From a virus (Duplodnaviria > Caudoviricetes): a stretch of 63,615 nt of DNA. The translations under genes and the position numbers were made by a program. Location of the stretch: IMG/VR virus record IMGVR_UViG_3300016471_001057, positions 1-63,615 of that record; one strand, given 5' to 3'. Of the stretch, positions 19,326 to 29,367 are shown one piece after another (the stretch's first letter is position 1; each line of letters starts with the position of its first letter). The notes below the pieces were generated by a model, which did no database searches, had not been told where the DNA came from, and saw only the letters and a program-made list of their open reading frames with translations.

Positions 19326-20069
19326 TTAATTATTATAAGTATCGTAAGATATTAATCTACAATTATATTTCTTCCAAACATGCCCTAAATCCTGCTTATA
19401 GGGTAAAGGATCAATAAAACCGGCAGAGGCAAAACCTTTTATGCGAAGTGCGCTGCTCGGTGAGTTTGCATCGCACAAATTCTCACCAGAATAACATGTA
19501 TAGGTCTTACTAAACTTAACCTTAAGTCTAATCCCCTCCTTAACTATGTCTGCCTTGTCCATGGTAATTAATGGTGCTTCAACCGCAATTCTAACCTCAC
19601 GGTTTAAAGCTAGAACCTCATTAATTGTAGGCAAAAATTCTGGACTTGCATCCCAATATCCAGCTAAACTATCAACTTTAGTTGCTCCGTGATAAACTTT
19701 AGTTGCTCCTACCGCCTCCGCATAAGAAGCTGCTATACTTAAGAAGATCATATTGCGGTTTGGCACATAAGACTTAGGCTGTGCTTCCCCTGCCATTTGT
19801 CTTATATCCGGTGTCTCTATGTCATTGTTTGTAAGACTACTGGTAGGTGCTAACGTTTTAATAAAAGATGTATCAATTGTTTGCCATTCTTTAATTTTAA
19901 GCTTATCAACGTGGTATTTAGCTAATTTTAGCTCGCGTTTGTGGCGTTGACCGTAATCATAGGAAAGTCCGTAAATATTATCTGCACCGAACGATTCAAC
20001 TGCTTTATATAAAATGACGGTACTATCCATACCGCCAGAGATTGGAACAACTACTTTAGTTTTCTTCAC
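19326..20069 (-). CDS. queC: 7-cyano-7-deazaguanine synthase QueC
   Basis: SGGMDS PP-loop, YDYGQRH..E, SYVPNRNMIFLSIA, GYWD, K.DIV..G, TYTCY; Zn motif is degenerate. Confidence 0.95.
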   Translation of the reverse strand: MKKTKVVVPISGGMDSTVILYKAVESFGADNIYGLSYDYGQRHKRELKLAKYHVDKLKIKEWQTIDTSFIKTLAPTSSLTNNDIETPDIRQMAGEAQPKSYVPNRNMIFLSIAASYAEAVGATKVYHGATKVDSLAGYWDASPEFLPTINEVLALNREVRIAVEAPLITMDKADIVKEGIRLKVKFSKTYTCYSGENLCDANSPSSALRIKGFASAGFIDPLPYKQDLGHVWKKYNCRLISYDTYNN

Positions 20070-21141
20070 CTACAGCCTCACCAGATACATTTCCATACTT
20101 GTATGCAGTTTCAAGCTTTTTATCTAACAATGGGATAAGCTCTTCATAGAACTTCGAGTCTTTAGTAAAGTTCTTAGCATACCCTAGCTTGGTTCCGTCT
20201 GGTTTGGTGTAAGTAGAACCGGTCTGAATAATGAGACCATGGTTAACAGCCATCTCGAGCAAGCCACTATACTTGTCGAGACCAGTTAAATAATTTAAAT
20301 TAATACTCGCTTCTAAAAAAGGAGGTACAAAACGATTCTTTACCGTTAGCGCTCGCAGAGTTACTCCACTATAATTTTTAGCCTCCGGGAGAATTGCATC
20401 ATCCTCATTTTCTTGCTTTTCATTCTTCTTAGCAAGCTGTACAATAACACTAGCCATATACAGGGGGCCACTGCCGCCACTTTGATTCTGGACGAGTGAT
20501 GGATAGAGAGCAGCCGGATCACTGTATGTATGGTTAGTCATTAAAATAGTAACACCAGCGCGCCCGGCCTTATAAGTTAATAAACGTAGCATACTTTTGA
20601 GTCCTTTTGCACGGGTACCCATATCGGCGGCACTCTTATCTTTTTCCACATCCATAACCTCCTTACTACCAGCGAGATTGCCTAGACTGTCCAGACTAAT
20701 AATGAATTTACCTTGTAGATTATTTTCAACTATGCTGTCCAAGAAGGTACTAATCTGATTTCGAGCATTTTCAATAGTATAAACAGGTACATATTTGGTC
20801 TTATCTGGATCAAGCCCTACCCCCGCGGTAGTGGTCTTATCAATTGCAAATTCGGTATCAAAAATGACTGGAATAATTCCCTTTTTCTGGGCAATTCCAA
20901 GAATTTTGTTAACTAATAGAGTTTTACCGGTCTGAGAAGGACCAGCAAATATAACAATGCGCCCTTTCGGTACACCACCTCCCCGGAGTTTACCAGATAC
21001 TATTGCATTTAGGGCGTAACACCCAGTATCGTACCAAGTATCTACGTTACAGAGTGCATTTTCTGATAGAAATGTAGCTTCCGGGTTAAGAGCATCTAGA
21101 GCCTTAAAAGCTTTAGATAAAAGATCGTCTTGCTTCATCAA
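20056..21141 (-). CDS. uvsX: RecA-like recombinase UvsX
   Basis: DTGCYALNA, GPSQTGKT, FDTE, DSLGNL, ADMGTRAK, SGGSG, KNRF. Confidence 0.95.
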   Translation of the reverse strand: MMKQDDLLSKAFKALDALNPEATFLSENALCNVDTWYDTGCYALNAIVSGKLRGGGVPKGRIVIFAGPSQTGKTLLVNKILGIAQKKGIIPVIFDTEFAIDKTTTAGVGLDPDKTKYVPVYTIENARNQISTFLDSIVENNLQGKFIISLDSLGNLAGSKEVMDVEKDKSAADMGTRAKGLKSMLRLLTYKAGRAGVTILMTNHTYSDPAALYPSLVQNQSGGSGPLYMASVIVQLAKKNEKQENEDDAILPEAKNYSGVTLRALTVKNRFVPPFLEASINLNYLTGLDKYSGLLEMAVNHGLIIQTGSTYTKPDGTKLGYAKNFTKDSKFYEELIPLLDKKLETAYKYGNVSGEAVGEEN

Positions 21142-21494
21142 TCGTCAAACAACTTGATAACGGGGCTGCCCTTGGCATCTGACTTAGTAGCAGTCGGTAC
21201 AGCAGGTGAAAAGATACGTTCATATTGCTCTTTGATCTTAGGTTCGAGTTGAATCTCTGAAGCAACTATAGAGGATTTGTTAAAATTAAATACCGCTCCG
21301 TCATTACGTACGCTATTATCAATAAACTCTCTAAAAAAGAGGGGAATAAGTTGTACCTGGAGTTGACCAGTTTGATTCGGTACTACATGAAGAATTGCAG
21401 GGTTCTTCGCCTTCAGGGTAGTCTTATCATCACTTACAACTTCTGCTAAAATTGTTTGACCTACATGGTTAATAAACACATTAATATCGCTCAT
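21138..21494 (-). CDS. Hypothetical protein (Sm/SH3-like beta fold)
   Basis: GQTILAEV..KNPA..QLIP..Y.RIFS pattern as in small T4-like proteins near the polymerase gene. Confidence 0.6.
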   Translation of the reverse strand: MSDINVFINHVGQTILAEVVSDDKTTLKAKNPAILHVVPNQTGQLQVQLIPLFFREFIDNSVRNDGAVFNFNKSSIVASEIQLEPKIKEQYERIFSPAVPTATKSDAKGSPVIKLFDD

Positions 21495-21524
21495 AAGATT
21501 AATATATAGTATATTTTTTAAAAA

Positions 21525-24116
21525 TCAAGCACCAAGTAATGAAAAAAGATCGCACTGTACGGCCTCACCGGGTTTTTGAGGTGTCCAGTTGACCGCCTCG
21601 TAAAATCTCTCAATAGCACTATACATAATTTTGTCAAACATTAATTCGTGGTCGGGTTCAAATGCTTTTTCAAATTCAACAGGATAATAATATTTGTACG
21701 CAATTGCATTGATGCCAAATTTGTTTGGCTGCTTTACATAAAAATATCTAATCTTATCTCCACTACCTATTTTTTCATACTTTTTATCAATATTAAATAC
21801 TTTCAGCAGGGTGTTATGCATGTAAGCTGCTTTCACATGTAAAGGCATTGATTTAACAGTTCTAAACCCTTCACACCGGCTAGAATATTTTTCATACCCC
21901 TTTAGCCCTGTTACAAACGATATCTCACCAACCGATAATCCCTTAAAGGTTTCGTATGTTTCCGCTAATATTTCATTAGTTTTTTGTAAGTCTTGCGTAA
22001 GCAGCATCGTCTCAACTACCTTCTTCGCTAGAGGTTTAATAGGCGCGGGCATAGTTGTTCGGGCAATTTCAACCCCAGTATACTTAAACTTATTAGTGGT
22101 GATGCCTTCTTCATCTAATACATGTAAAACATATCTTTTCTTCTGTAAAAATACCCCGACATCACAAATAGCTTCTCGCTTAAACTCAATTCTACTATCC
22201 TGGCTATTTAAGGCTGTTTCACACCAACTCTTAATTTCTTGGTTTAAATGAGTTTCTATTTCCTTAACAATACCGTGAAACCCCTGAGTTATATGCCCTT
22301 TCTCATCAAGTAATTTTATATTGTTTCTAACACAGAGCTGTTCTAATGAGATATAAACCGAATCAGTATCATTATAGATAATAGGGTCAAATCTATCGAT
22401 CTCCTCTTGAGTCATTCCTGTACGGTTTTTGATAAAATCTGCTATGATTTTGTTACCTTGCTTGATAACTGCTTGACCGGTTAAAGTAATGCTTCTTGCC
22501 AAATCGTCATCGCCTAGTGGAAATACTTTATTACCGAGAGCCCCGTAAACCGTATTGATAAAAATTTTAATCGTGTGTTGTCTGATATTTAAGAAGTTAA
22601 CCTCGTATCTGGTTTTCTGATATGCAGGGTCCTTTTTATCTAACGTAGATAGCAACCTCTTGGCTTTTTTATGGTCACGGCGAACCTGTACTCTTAGTTT
22701 ATAATATTGATCTACCATCTCAGGGATTATTCCTCGGGATTTCTGACTAAACAAGACTTTAGCTTTACTCAGACTTAGTTTTTCCTGTTGTACTAACTGT
22801 GCAAATTTATTTACAGATATCTCTACTTCTTTACCATTTACATTGCGAATGATAACATTTTTACCATCTTGTGATTGTATAACACCCATTTTAGTTTCTG
22901 GAGATAAATTTAATGTAATCATCACAGAGGGGTATAGACTGTTTGCATCAAAGCTAACTATGTTTTTTTGGAACCCTCTTTTAGGTTCGCTTACATATGC
23001 ACCTTCATTCTGCTTGCCGTCATCCTCGTCTCTAACAAATGTTGGGATTTTTTGATTTCTATACCGCGCACGAATGGCACAAGCCCCGATAATAACACTC
23101 ATACTACCCATGGCAGCCTCCATAGTGGTAAGACCGGTATAGCTTAACATTCTTAATAATTGAAAGTATTGCAGTTTTTCTTCGAGTTTTACTAGAAGTC
23201 GAACATCTTGCACGTTATATTCAACAAAGGTTTCCCAATCAGTATCTGCCAGGCTGCTTAAATTAGTTTCTCCGTAGTCAACTTTTTCCTCATTTAATTC
23301 TATTTTAGCTATACTGTTTAGCTTATAATTCTCTCTCAAAACCATGCAAAATCTTTTATAGATATCTAGATAGTCAAGACAGGATATACCATCAATGTAC
23401 CATCGAATTTGCTCTTTACCGAATTGACCTCTCAATGTTCTACTATGAACTCTACCCATTGGGCTGAGACGGGCTATGGTTTCTTCATTAAAAAGAACCC
23501 TTATTCGATTAATGAGGTAAGGCAAGTCAAAGAGAATAGAATTCCATCCCAAGATTACATCTGGATAATCATTCTCTATGTGTGAAATAAATCTTTCAAG
23601 CATCTCCTTTTCCGTCTTACAATAGATAAAAATATGATCAGGGGTAATTTTTTTATGAGGTTTAATACCCCAGGTAATAAACTTTTTAGTAAGAGTATCG
23701 TAGATTGTGATAATATTGATTGTATGATCTGCTGTTTCTATATTAGGAAAGTCATCTACAGAATAAGTTTCAATATCTAAAAAATATAACTTAAGAGGAA
23801 ACTGTGAAAAATCAGCGGCTTCGTTAGTTTGCCAGAAACTATCAATTAAAAATTGTTGTGCTGGGGACAGATTTTCAAACACCCTAGTTAATCCAGATTC
23901 ACGTAAATATTTGGATTTTTCAAATTGATTTTTGAAGGTCTTTTTCTTAAGCTTAGTATTAAAAATACTAATTGCATCTTGGCTATTATTGCTTTCTAAG
24001 AAAATATACGGGTGATAGGTGGAATCCAGGGCAATTCGCTTACCATTTTTATCCCATGTGAAGAGCCGAATTAGCTCCTGTCGAGGATCGTACGCAACAT
24101 TTCTATATCCGATCAT
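21525..24116 (-). CDS. gp43: Family B DNA polymerase (T4 gp43-like)
   Basis: Exo DIET, GWNSILFD, YNVQD; Pol SFDANSLYPS, KIFINTVYG, YNDTDS, KKRY. Confidence 0.98.
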   Translation of the reverse strand: MIGYRNVAYDPRQELIRLFTWDKNGKRIALDSTYHPYIFLESNNSQDAISIFNTKLKKKTFKNQFEKSKYLRESGLTRVFENLSPAQQFLIDSFWQTNEAADFSQFPLKLYFLDIETYSVDDFPNIETADHTINIITIYDTLTKKFITWGIKPHKKITPDHIFIYCKTEKEMLERFISHIENDYPDVILGWNSILFDLPYLINRIRVLFNEETIARLSPMGRVHSRTLRGQFGKEQIRWYIDGISCLDYLDIYKRFCMVLRENYKLNSIAKIELNEEKVDYGETNLSSLADTDWETFVEYNVQDVRLLVKLEEKLQYFQLLRMLSYTGLTTMEAAMGSMSVIIGACAIRARYRNQKIPTFVRDEDDGKQNEGAYVSEPKRGFQKNIVSFDANSLYPSVMITLNLSPETKMGVIQSQDGKNVIIRNVNGKEVEISVNKFAQLVQQEKLSLSKAKVLFSQKSRGIIPEMVDQYYKLRVQVRRDHKKAKRLLSTLDKKDPAYQKTRYEVNFLNIRQHTIKIFINTVYGALGNKVFPLGDDDLARSITLTGQAVIKQGNKIIADFIKNRTGMTQEEIDRFDPIIYNDTDSVYISLEQLCVRNNIKLLDEKGHITQGFHGIVKEIETHLNQEIKSWCETALNSQDSRIEFKREAICDVGVFLQKKRYVLHVLDEEGITTNKFKYTGVEIARTTMPAPIKPLAKKVVETMLLTQDLQKTNEILAETYETFKGLSVGEISFVTGLKGYEKYSSRCEGFRTVKSMPLHVKAAYMHNTLLKVFNIDKKYEKIGSGDKIRYFYVKQPNKFGINAIAYKYYYPVEFEKAFEPDHELMFDKIMYSAIERFYEAVNWTPQKPGEAVQCDLFSLLGA

Positions 24117-24163
24117 TAGATGATTATAATTGAATTATATAAGCTAGCAATAAATTATTCAAT

Positions 24164-24352
24164 ATGGAAAAGATATTAATTTTCTTTGAGGTTAACCAGC
24201 CTTGTCCGCCAGAAATTCCAGACTGCGATAATCTTCGATTACAATATGTTACCGAGTTAAATGATTTAAAGCGTAGAGGTGGTTGCAGCAATTGTGTCGA
24301 AAGACAATTGCGGCAAAACTACATAAACCGAATCCAGCAATTTGTAAAATGA
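24164..24352 (+). CDS. Small Cys-containing hypothetical protein
   Basis: PCP..C..GGCSNC; ATGA-coupled to the next gene. Confidence 0.6.
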   Translation: MEKILIFFEVNQPCPPEIPDCDNLRLQYVTELNDLKRRGGCSNCVERQLRQNYINRIQQFVK

Positions 24353-24672
24353 CAGTTTTTGAGTATATTCTGGGCCTTTTTAGTGTATGTAGTTTACTCT
24401 TATTATGGTTTGTCAGTCCGTTAAAAACTACCCTTGGTAATATATTATTTCGTAAAAATTTAACTTTAGAGCAATTTGATGATGTTCTTTATATTAAGTC
24501 ACCTTTTTTGGGTAAATTAACATCTTGTTGGATATGCAGCAGCTTTTGGCTTTCCTTAATAGTAGGGGCTGTAATGGTAGGAACTCTACAAGCTTCTATT
24601 ATTACTCCTCTAATAACGTTTTTGACTTACCCGGGATTAGCTTATATTTTTAAGATAATAATTAAGCACTAA
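24349..24672 (+). CDS. Small membrane protein (DUF1360-like CxxCxxFW)
   Basis: Start revised to ATG at 24349; three hydrophobic segments; LTSCWICSSFW. Confidence 0.65.
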   Translation: MTVFEYILGLFSVCSLLLLWFVSPLKTTLGNILFRKNLTLEQFDDVLYIKSPFLGKLTSCWICSSFWLSLIVGAVMVGTLQASIITPLITFLTYPGLAYIFKIIIKH

Positions 24673-25891
24673 TATTATTAATTTTATTCAGTAATACTCG
24701 TTCTTTACTTCCATAGGGATGTAGAAACAGTTCTTTATAACAATTAATATTTTCATCATTTTCCAGCCAGCGGCTTTCGGCGTTTTTTCTAGCTGCGGCA
24801 CAAATATTCATATAGCGTCCCTTCTTACTAAGTACATCGCGAATTTGCTGTATCATTTCCTCACCATTATTAAATTTAAATTCAGCATCCGCATATGTAC
24901 ATAAATCTTGACATGCTATTGGCAAACCGAAGCAATTAGCCTCTACCCATTTTAAATCTGATTTACTCTTATTAAAAGTATTATTTTGTAACGGCGCGAC
25001 CATCATATTGATACGAAGATTTTTAATCTTCTCCCCGTAATGATATAAATTTGTCCAGGGATGGAATTCAACCTTACCGGCATCTACTAGCGGTCTAAGT
25101 GGTAGGGGAAACGCCCCTAAAAATACCCACTGAAATTCTGTATATGTATCATAAATGGCCTTTACTACATGGGCAAAGTCATCATTCTGATTTACCCGGT
25201 TTTCAACGTCAAAATGAGCCCCGGAGCCTGCATATAAAATCCTTGGTTTATTTTTGTAAGTGTCGTAATTGGAGCTAATAGATTTTTCATTATAAAAATT
25301 ACCTAACCAGAACTTTGGTGGGTAATTGGGAATAACTGTCACATTTTTATGGCCTGTTTTCTCCATATAATAATTTTTCATGAATTCATTAGTAACTGTG
25401 ATCTCATCGCACAGCGACATAATCTCCTGTGCATTTTTACGAATCTCTGGGTCTACGAATGCAGTTTTAAACTTATTGTAATCGGGAATATCCTCACAAA
25501 AAACTAAGTCATCGATTTCATAGATAATTCTAAATCCAACTTGTTTGGATACTTCTCTCAAAAACTTTACAAACTGTAATTGGTGTGAGGTTGCCTGCCT
25601 TTGTATACGGACGGCCTTTACGTTTACATACCACCGAGGATCAAGAACCATAACCGTAGAGCCGTGGACTGTCATCGAACCAAAAGCATTTAATAGATGC
25701 TCTGGCCAAAGCATTCTCCAGAAACCACACCCCGAATAATCTGCATAATACTGAACTGCCCGGGGTAGATTAGTATCTGGGGGTGGGGTATTATCTGCAA
25801 CTATAGCAGGCTTTTCAGGTTGAACCACACCCGGCACGCCTAGCGGAACATTTTGAAGAAGTGGCGGGGTATAGGGACCTGATACAAACAT
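24662..25891 (-). CDS. GT-B fold glycosyltransferase
   Basis: SGCGFWRM.WP, QRQ, YEIDD, VIPN, YAGS..H, APL..N.FNKSKSDLK..E. Confidence 0.85.
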   Translation of the reverse strand: MFVSGPYTPPLLQNVPLGVPGVVQPEKPAIVADNTPPPDTNLPRAVQYYADYSGCGFWRMLWPEHLLNAFGSMTVHGSTVMVLDPRWYVNVKAVRIQRQATSHQLQFVKFLREVSKQVGFRIIYEIDDLVFCEDIPDYNKFKTAFVDPEIRKNAQEIMSLCDEITVTNEFMKNYYMEKTGHKNVTVIPNYPPKFWLGNFYNEKSISSNYDTYKNKPRILYAGSGAHFDVENRVNQNDDFAHVVKAIYDTYTEFQWVFLGAFPLPLRPLVDAGKVEFHPWTNLYHYGEKIKNLRINMMVAPLQNNTFNKSKSDLKWVEANCFGLPIACQDLCTYADAEFKFNNGEEMIQQIRDVLSKKGRYMNICAAARKNAESRWLENDENINCYKELFLHPYGSKERVLLNKINNISA

Positions 25892-25921
25892 GTATTATAT
25901 ATAGATTATTCTATAAGGTTT

Positions 25922-27733
25922 TCAACTATATGCTAATTTAGATAAAGTAGTGATGCCGTTATTCTTTTCCAGCATAATCATATCACCACTGACAAGCCTT
26001 GCACATTCTTTTCTATGAGAAATTACATATATGCCAAAATTATTCTTCTGAACAAATTCATTTAATAATCCTAGTACCAACTCTACCCCGGTTTCATCTA
26101 AACTTGTATCTAATAATTCATCATAAAATTGAATGTTATAAAAGATATTACCCTGTAAGTTAAGCATATCTATAAAACTAAACATTATAGCTAAATCAAT
26201 TACTTTACGTTCAGCCCCACTAAAATTAAAATAGGTAGTCAACTTACCCTTGTCGTTAACTATTTGCTCTTCAAAATACTCGTTAAATGTGATTATAGCG
26301 TTTGAATTCAATTTCTTAAGATAATATCCCAACTTACTATTGAACAGGTTTAAAATTCTCTTTACAATGTACGTCTTAACACCCTCTTCACTTACAACAA
26401 ACTTTACTGTATCTAAAAGATTGATAATCTTTCTAAGACCTTCCACTTTTTCTCTAGCGGTGGTATATTTTTGTTGTGCCTGTTCGATTAGTTCATTTAA
26501 AGCGGTACTCGTGTCTGTTAAGTGTTGTAAATCCTGATCAACCTGTATATTATATTCTTTTAATTGCTTTATCCTATCATTATCATTAATATGTTGCTGT
26601 GCTAAAAGCTTGCTTTGCTGTATATTAGACTGCCCCTTCTTAACAGCGTCTTGTATTTTAGTTTTAAGGGTATTAAGTTCACATATCTTTGCTTCGACAG
26701 TTTTTATTTCAGTCTCATTACTAGTTATTTCAGTTTTATACTTTTGCTTTGTATGAGTTATAGTTTGTTGATCATGCTCTTGAATAGGTCTCAAGCAAGT
26801 AGGGCACATGTCTTTATCTGTACCAATCTTAGATACCGTGGAAAAAATGAACTCATTTTTCGTTTCAAGAGTGGCCATCTGCTTACTAAACTCTTGGATC
26901 TTATTGTCAGTCTCTGTTAATTTCTGAGTTAATAGTTCAATATTTTTATTGATATCATTTACATCAATAGGTTTATGGTTTTGTACTCGTGAGGTTAGCT
27001 TGTCCAGTTCCTCTGTATTTTCCCTCTGACGTTTCAATAATGTCTTTTTACGAGTTTCATACTCCTCATGTGATTTAGTTTGTTGAGTTTGTAGCGAATT
27101 TACCGCAGCAGCTGCCTCTTCTTCACGGGTACTCTCTATTTCAAACTCTTTTTTTACAGTGGATTGCTCCTCTCGAAGCTGGTTAAGCATTTTACTGAAT
27201 ATCTCTAAATTAAAGATACCTTCAATAAATTTACGCTTTTCCATCTTCTTCTTTGCCATAAATGGAACTGTATTATTAACAGTCATAATAACACAATTTT
27301 GAAAAACTTCTGAATTACACTGTATGAGCTGCTCAATAAACGCAGTGGTATTGGCTATACTATCACGGGTAATATCTCTTTCATTCTGATATAAAGTACA
27401 GCGGCTAGGCTCGAGAGATCTAATAATTTCATAATTTTCAACCTGCTTTCCTTTACCTATACTAAACGTTAATGATACCTCACAAGTCTTGGCTGTAATA
27501 TTATTAACAATAAATTCTTTTTTTAGTTCACGGATTGTTGTGCCAAATAGTACAAAGTGTAAAGCGTCTGGTATCGTACTTTTACCGACACCATTTCTTC
27601 TATCTATTTGGTCTCTATTAATTCCAGTTATTCCATGCAGCCCTGGCTTAAAACTAATAGTTACTGACTCTTCACCAACACTTAAGAAGTTTTTTATAGT
27701 TAATTTTTTAAAGATAATTTTCTTCATTTGCAC
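25922..27733 (-). CDS. gp46: Rad50/SbcC-like recombination ATPase
   Basis: KNFLSVG, NGVGKST, coiled coil with CPTC hook, FSGAE signature, YDE..D.SLD, ISH. Confidence 0.96.
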   Translation of the reverse strand: MQMKKIIFKKLTIKNFLSVGEESVTISFKPGLHGITGINRDQIDRRNGVGKSTIPDALHFVLFGTTIRELKKEFIVNNITAKTCEVSLTFSIGKGKQVENYEIIRSLEPSRCTLYQNERDITRDSIANTTAFIEQLIQCNSEVFQNCVIMTVNNTVPFMAKKKMEKRKFIEGIFNLEIFSKMLNQLREEQSTVKKEFEIESTREEEAAAAVNSLQTQQTKSHEEYETRKKTLLKRQRENTEELDKLTSRVQNHKPIDVNDINKNIELLTQKLTETDNKIQEFSKQMATLETKNEFIFSTVSKIGTDKDMCPTCLRPIQEHDQQTITHTKQKYKTEITSNETEIKTVEAKICELNTLKTKIQDAVKKGQSNIQQSKLLAQQHINDNDRIKQLKEYNIQVDQDLQHLTDTSTALNELIEQAQQKYTTAREKVEGLRKIINLLDTVKFVVSEEGVKTYIVKRILNLFNSKLGYYLKKLNSNAIITFNEYFEEQIVNDKGKLTTYFNFSGAERKVIDLAIMFSFIDMLNLQGNIFYNIQFYDELLDTSLDETGVELVLGLLNEFVQKNNFGIYVISHRKECARLVSGDMIMLEKNNGITTLSKLAYS

Positions 27734-28767
27734 TGGTTATACAATGAAATTGTATACTCTGTTACATCATTTTTATTTTGAATATCGAGCATGTCTACAA
27801 AATCAGTAATAGCTCGAGGGATATCTACCCCGCTAAGATCAATCTCATCTTGGGTAGCTGCTCCAAACTTATCAAACGTTGTTAGATTATCGATTGTTAG
27901 ACTGATAGGCTTAAAAGTATTGAGCTTAGTTGATAATTTATCTAAATCTTCGTTAGAAATATTCTTATCGATAGCAAGCTTTATAATATTTTTACCAATA
28001 ATATCCGACCCTCTACCATTAAAGTTTTTAATCTTGATCAACTCAGATAAATTTATTTTTATATGTTTGGGTGATACTGTATTTTCATAAAAGTTAAATT
28101 TCTTAGTCTGCAGATTGAGTGTGTAGTAGCCTTTGGTCGATCCTTCATCCCCAAAATCCAGTTCAAACGGAGACCCCACATAAAGTACAGTTCCTGTTTC
28201 ATATTTTCTTTCTTCTCTTAAATGAAAATGGCCGGTTATGATTAAAGGAGACTTGTCAAGCAAGTCTTTAGACTTAAATCCTTCCTCGCACAACTTATAT
28301 GTGTTCATTTTAAAACTCTCAATTTCAAAATGACCAAATATAACATCAGACTCTTCTATTTCCTCCACTTTTGTACCCCAAGGTGCAAAAAAACATTCTT
28401 GTCCATAGATTTGATATACAGTGGGTTTATCAAATACTGTAATATTATCACGCCCCTTAAGAATACGAATACTATTGACTGAGCAATTATTTTTATAAAA
28501 CGAGTCATGATTGCCTGCAATCATATATACCTTGAAATCAGAAAAGAGATCTAATATTTCACCAGCTTGGTGTAGTGTGTTAACAGTTATTTCACTTCGA
28601 CTATGAAAGAAATCTCCACAGAATACAACAGTATCGATTTCTTTTTCTTTTAATTCGTTTACATACCATTTTGCCCAATTATGGGAGATTTCATGCCATA
28701 CCGGGCTGTTTATATGTACACCCAGATGAAGATCAGAAAATATGGCTATTTCTTTTGTGTCGGACAT
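27724..28767 (-). CDS. gp47: Mre11/SbcD-like recombination nuclease
   Basis: SDLHLG, GDFFH, GNHD, GHFE, GHFH, YVGSP. Confidence 0.96.
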   Translation of the reverse strand: MSDTKEIAIFSDLHLGVHINSPVWHEISHNWAKWYVNELKEKEIDTVVFCGDFFHSRSEITVNTLHQAGEILDLFSDFKVYMIAGNHDSFYKNNCSVNSIRILKGRDNITVFDKPTVYQIYGQECFFAPWGTKVEEIEESDVIFGHFEIESFKMNTYKLCEEGFKSKDLLDKSPLIITGHFHLREERKYETGTVLYVGSPFELDFGDEGSTKGYYTLNLQTKKFNFYENTVSPKHIKINLSELIKIKNFNGRGSDIIGKNIIKLAIDKNISNEDLDKLSTKLNTFKPISLTIDNLTTFDKFGAATQDEIDLSGVDIPRAITDFVDMLDIQNKNDVTEYTISLYNQCK

Positions 28768-28776
28768 GGATAAAAA

Positions 28777-29367
28777 TTATGCGTTACTCTCATTATGTAA
28801 GCTATTATCCATTTCTCCACTGTAATCACGGGTGTTGACGCGTATCCCGGTGTGTTCTTCGTCCTTATTAATCAATTCGTTATAGTTTCTTTCTCTATAA
28901 TCTGTTATCAGTTGATGTTGTTTCTTTTCCTTCTTGATGCGACTAATAAAAGCGTGGAAAGCAATCGTCGTGAAATAACTAAACGGGCTAAATCCCTTAT
29001 TAAGTTTAAATTTCTTATACTTTAATGCTTGGTACATCTTTACCACCGCATCCCCGATCATTTCGTCGCGATAGCTGTAGTTAATAAAATTTGGAGCAAA
29101 AGATAATCCATAAGCTATTCTTCTTATAGCCTCGGCAAGATATTCTGTAATATTTTCCGTTTTGTAATATGTGCGAATTGCATCTTCAAACTCTTTGCTA
29201 TTAACATAGTGAGGTTTTTCTGAGGGCTTCATTTTTTTAGCAATAGGTGAAGTTGTGTTCTGTCCGGTTAAGACAGCAACAACTGTAGAGACAATAAGAT
29301 GTTCCTCCAGCTGTAATTTATCTTTCGGAGATTTTTTTTGTTTGGTAGGGGATGTTTTCTTGTTCAT
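28777..29367 (-). CDS. gp55: Late-transcription sigma factor
   Basis: HYVNSKEF, PNFINYSYRDEMIGDA, PFSYFTTIAFHAFISRIKKEKKQ; start uncertain. Confidence 0.93.
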   Translation of the reverse strand: MNKKTSPTKQKKSPKDKLQLEEHLIVSTVVAVLTGQNTTSPIAKKMKPSEKPHYVNSKEFEDAIRTYYKTENITEYLAEAIRRIAYGLSFAPNFINYSYRDEMIGDAVVKMYQALKYKKFKLNKGFSPFSYFTTIAFHAFISRIKKEKKQHQLITDYRERNYNELINKDEEHTGIRVNTRDYSGEMDNSLHNESNA

